From: an uncultured Chloroflexia bacterium
Lineage (GTDB): Bacteria; Chloroflexota; Limnocylindria; Limnocylindrales; CSP1-4
Direction: 5' to 3'
Length of the DNA: 64,000 nt
Assembly (NCBI GenBank): GCA_963734535.1
Contig: CAVTHS010000008.1
Span: forward strand, 64,001-128,000
Of this stretch, positions 60,534 to 64,000 are shown piece after piece. Within the stretch, counting starts at the first letter, position 1; every line of letters begins with the position of its first letter. The notes beneath the pieces were generated by a model. That model was not told the origin of the DNA. It worked only from the letters and a program-made list of their open reading frames with translations, and ran no database searches. Position numbers and translations under genes: made by a program.

Positions 60534-61459
60534 AATACCGCGGCCTCTCCCCACTCCAGCGCGGCATCTTCTGGGTTGTCCTCATGGTCGTCGTCGGTGG
60601 CGTCGTGGGCGTCACCGGGCCGCGGGCGGCTCGGGCGCTGGCTGACCTCGCGCAGGTCGCCCCGGACCGCCTGCCGTGGGTCGCGACCCGCCTCGTGGCG
60701 TTCCTCTCGTACTTCGCCATCGCCGGGTCGGTCGTGTACGGCCTGCTCCTCTCGACGAAGATCCTCGACGCCATCGCACACCGGCCCGTCTCGTTCGCGC
60801 TGCACCAGGATCTCGCTGCGATCGGCCTCGGGCTCGCAGGCGTTCACGCCGTCCTCCTCGGGCTGGACGCAGCGGTGCCGTTCTCGCTCACCGACATGCT
60901 GGTCCCGTTCGTCGCCCCGTACCGGCCGCTGTGGGTCGGAATCGGCCAGCTGACGCTCTACCTGGTAGCCGTGGTGCTCGCCAGCTTCTACCTGCGCCGC
61001 CGGATCGGGCAGCGCTCCTGGCGGCTCCTCCACTACTTGACGTTCCTGTCGTTCGCCGGCGCGACTGCGCACGGGATCCTCTCCGGAAGCGACAGCGGAA
61101 CGGCCTGGGCCTGGTGGAGCTACGTGGGGGCCACCGCGCTCGTCGTCTTCCTGACCGGGTACCGGGTCGTCACCGGGATCGTGGCCGCTCGTGAGCGCGC
61201 GGCACGGCCCGCGCCGGGAACCGCCGTGCCCGGCGCAGCGCCTCTCCTGGCGCCGGGAACCGCAGTGCCCAGCGCAGCGCCACTCCGCGCGCAGGGAACC
61301 CTCCCGCTCGGCGCGCCGCCACTGCGGGCGCCGGGGTCCGCGCCGCGGATGGCGCCTCCGTCAGGGCCGCGACCCGCACCTGCGCTGTCGCCGCTCGACC
61401 TTCGCGCGCCCCACCGGCCGGTGGCGGGAGTGCCGGAGGGCGCGCAGCCAACCGCCTGA
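60530..61459 (+). CDS. Ferric reductase-like (MsrQ-type) di-heme membrane protein
   Basis: About 6 TM with four His (ALHQD, GVHAV, LLHYL, TAHGI) and YRPLWVGIGQ; 13-aa repeats in the tail. Confidence 0.88.
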   Translation: MKYRGLSPLQRGIFWVVLMVVVGGVVGVTGPRAARALADLAQVAPDRLPWVATRLVAFLSYFAIAGSVVYGLLLSTKILDAIAHRPVSFALHQDLAAIGLGLAGVHAVLLGLDAAVPFSLTDMLVPFVAPYRPLWVGIGQLTLYLVAVVLASFYLRRRIGQRSWRLLHYLTFLSFAGATAHGILSGSDSGTAWAWWSYVGATALVVFLTGYRVVTGIVAARERAARPAPGTAVPGAAPLLAPGTAVPSAAPLRAQGTLPLGAPPLRAPGSAPRMAPPSGPRPAPALSPLDLRAPHRPVAGVPEGAQPTA

Positions 61460-61657
61460 CCGGTTGGCGCGGGACGGCGAAGCGCCGTGGGCGCGGCTCC
61501 ACGCATAGGGGTCGCCGCGGCCCCGGGCGTTACCCGCGCGGCTCCACGCACACGCGGACGCCATGGCCCTGGGCCGGCGCCCGGCCAGGCCGAACCCCAT
61601 CTCCCAGGACGTCTCCCGCGCGCCTCGAGGCGCGGGCACGCGGGAACGTGACGTGCC

Positions 61658-62311
61658 TCATACGAGGACAAGCGCGTCGTCCGGAGGCGGGAGGCCCGCG
61701 GCGAGCGCCGACCAGGCGATCCGGGCATCGACCGGGAAGGCGGCCACGAACTCGGGCCGGGCGATGTGCACGATCTCCCGGTTCGTCCGAGTGTCGGCCA
61801 CCACGATCACCAGGCGGTCGGCGGCACCGTCGCGACGCTTGGCGGCGACCCGCCGGAGCAGCGCCTGGACGTCGCGCAGGCGCGTCTCGGCCTCGATCGC
61901 GACGACCCGCCCATCCCGGACGAGCACCCCATCCCAGGCCCTCGGATCCCCGGGCGCCCCGATCGGGACCTCGGGTCGCCACCGCCATCCGGACCCGACC
62001 CGCTGGCGGAAACGCGCCAGCAGCCGGATATGGGCAGCGTCCCGGATCGGCGGACCCGCGGGGTAGGCGCGAAGCGCAACGTCCAGGCCGAGCGCCGCGA
62101 GCACGGTGGAGACTCGCTCGACGGAGACTCGAGGCGCCCGGCCGGCCTCGATGCGACTCACCGACGATCTCGACGTCCGAGCCGCTCGCGCAACCGAAGC
62201 CTGGCTCAACCCCGCCCCGAGTCGAGCGTTCATGGCCTCACGGCCGATCTCGACGATGAGCTCGCGCGCTCGGCGCCTGCCCCGATCGGCTGGACTCTCT
62301 CTCGATGCCAC
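61658..62311 (-). CDS. XRE-HTH fused to a PD-(D/E)xK-like domain (second family member)
   Basis: GLSQASVARAARTSRSSVSRIEAG; EVPIG...RAWDGVL...VAIEAETRL; leaderless GTG after CATGAT. Confidence 0.8.
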   Translation of the reverse strand: MASRESPADRGRRRARELIVEIGREAMNARLGAGLSQASVARAARTSRSSVSRIEAGRAPRVSVERVSTVLAALGLDVALRAYPAGPPIRDAAHIRLLARFRQRVGSGWRWRPEVPIGAPGDPRAWDGVLVRDGRVVAIEAETRLRDVQALLRRVAAKRRDGAADRLVIVVADTRTNREIVHIARPEFVAAFPVDARIAWSALAAGLPPPDDALVLV

Positions 62312-62713
62312 GCGCCGATCATGCAGACTGACGCTTACCCGGGGATCTACGCGGCATTCCACTCGGCTGGCCATGCCGTTTCCGCAACGCCGCAGCCGGA
62401 GCCGCGCGTGCACGAATTGCGCACTACGACCGGCGGCGACCGGCATGCTGTCAGCCGTGCGTCACCGGATATCCCAGGCAACCGACGAACCGCCATTGTG
62501 GTCATGGGGTGCACGGGCGCGCCGTGTGGGGGCCGTCCCATCGGTCGCAGTGGTCACCCGGTGCACGCCCGGCGAACGGGCCGCGGCGCGCCGTGCAACG
62601 GGCCGGCGCGCCGTGCAACGGGCCGCCGCGACTCGGCGGGACGGCGCGGCCCGGGCAGACGCCACGGCCCAAAGGCCGAGGCCCCGCTCGGGCAGACGGC
62701 ACGGCCCAGGACG

Positions 62714-63718
62714 CTACCCGCGCGGCTCTCCGGGCGCGCGCACGCGGAACGTGGCGGACCAAGCGACGCGCTCGGCCGGGGCGACCATGAGGGCCCGCCC
62801 GTTCGCGATCGCCGACACAACGTCGTCATCGGGTGAGGTCGTCGGCTCCAGCGCGTGCTGCGTCCGAGGCCGGGCCGGCGCGGGCGGCCAGCCGCCGTCG
62901 TCGAGCCAGAGGCCGAGATTCGGGGCGATCGGCGCGTACCACGAGAGCTCGAGCGCGGACCCGTCGGGCTGACGCACCGCCGCGACGCCGGGCAGCCCCT
63001 CGCCGCTGACCGAGTCCCAGCTCCCGTAGAGCTCCCAGCCACCGTAGAGCTTGAGCGCGGTCCCGGCTCCGCGTTCGCGGACGAGGTCGAGCGCGATCAT
63101 CGGGCCGTCGGTGCCCGGGGTCTCCGGCCACGCCACGTGGCCCGGCACCGGCCCGATCGGCACGCCCACCGCCTGGGTCACCCGGACCGACGCCAGGCCC
63201 TCGACGTCGAGTCGTGCGCCCGGCTCGAGGGCCAGGAGCGGGTGCATCGACCACAGGATCGGCAGCTCGTGCTCGCCATGGTTCTCCAGCTCGTACTCGG
63301 CGACCAGGCGCGACCCGTCCAGGCGGAGCCGCCGGATGAACCGGTACGGCCAGTCGGCCCCGCTCCAGGTGGCGACCAGCACCTCGCCCTGGGCCGTCAC
63401 CTCGGTGGGACGACCCCATTGGTCACCGTGGTCACGCAGGGGCGGGCCGGAGGGGTCGACCGGGTCGGCACAGGCGGCGACGGTCGGCAGGCATTCGTCC
63501 CAGCCGAACGCGGCCTCGCCGTCGTAGACCGCATCGCGGCGGGCCCACGCGGCGGGGTCGCCGGGCGGATCGCCGGGCACCAGCCACTCGCGGGCCGCAA
63601 AGCGGTCCGCGAACGAGATCACGCGAGCGCCCAACGTCGGGACGACGATGACCTTGACCCGGTCGTTGTCGAGCGAGATGGTCGGGAGCGACCCGAAGGA
63701 TGGGCCCGGTCCGATCAC
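62714..63718 (-). CDS. Aldose 1-epimerase/galactose mutarotase-like protein
   Basis: LGARVISF, FGWDECLPT, RDHGDQW, WSMHPLL and ALEPTT; GGAGG RBS. Confidence 0.85.
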   Translation of the reverse strand: MIGPGPSFGSLPTISLDNDRVKVIVVPTLGARVISFADRFAAREWLVPGDPPGDPAAWARRDAVYDGEAAFGWDECLPTVAACADPVDPSGPPLRDHGDQWGRPTEVTAQGEVLVATWSGADWPYRFIRRLRLDGSRLVAEYELENHGEHELPILWSMHPLLALEPGARLDVEGLASVRVTQAVGVPIGPVPGHVAWPETPGTDGPMIALDLVRERGAGTALKLYGGWELYGSWDSVSGEGLPGVAAVRQPDGSALELSWYAPIAPNLGLWLDDGGWPPAPARPRTQHALEPTTSPDDDVVSAIANGRALMVAPAERVAWSATFRVRAPGEPRG

Positions 63719-64000
63719 GTGTTCCTCCCGATCGCTGGACGACCTTCGACGATGCTCCCGGCTCCGCGCGCGGTCAACGCGATGAGCGCCACCCTGGATC
63801 TCCGGGCACCGGCCGGATCTGCTCGTCCGTGATGCCGGATGGTGCCGGGACGGCCATACGGTGCGAAGGTAGAACGCCGGGCGGCGTCCCGCTCGACCGT
63901 TTCGCGCCACCGGTGCAGGGTCGTCGACGGGCGATGCCGACACGGCGCGACGACCGGGTGTCCGGCACGCTCGACTCCGGAGCCGCGACGACCGGGTGTC

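Noticed and set aside
63940-64000. GCGACGACCGGGTGTC repeated twice at the window edge as the start of an array
   Set aside because: Only two copies are visible; it cannot be judged without downstream sequence.
1-64000. tRNA, rRNA, transposase, integrase or phage genes
   Set aside because: No such motifs were recognised by eye; a covariance-model or HMM scan would be needed to exclude small RNAs.

Overview
Very GC-rich bacterial DNA. The gene families and frequent leaderless starts suggest Chloroflexota (Limnocylindria-like) or a related terrabacterium; this placement is inference. About 60 genes are supportable, and most long ORFs in the track are antisense or alternate-frame shadows. The first ~42 kb is a mosaic of small metabolic, transport and regulatory genes, a membrane-anchored S8 protease, a 1067-aa HExxH toxin-like protein with an overlapping immunity-like ORF, and a PAS-GGDEF-EAL protein. 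The right part holds a LiaF-like/His-phosphatase/DUF3090/SCO1664 operon, a TetR-headed menaquinone operon (menF-D-H-B-A-C-E-hydrolase-G), and a two-component system divergent from an ApbE plus ferric-reductase-like module whose two small membrane proteins share a VVTRQSGA motif near their C-termini. Two XRE-HTH/PD-(D/E)xK-like genes lie next to regularly spaced repeat arrays or flanking duplications. Seven genes carry a net +1 frameshift, most likely assembly error. No rRNA, tRNA, cas genes or transposases were recognised.
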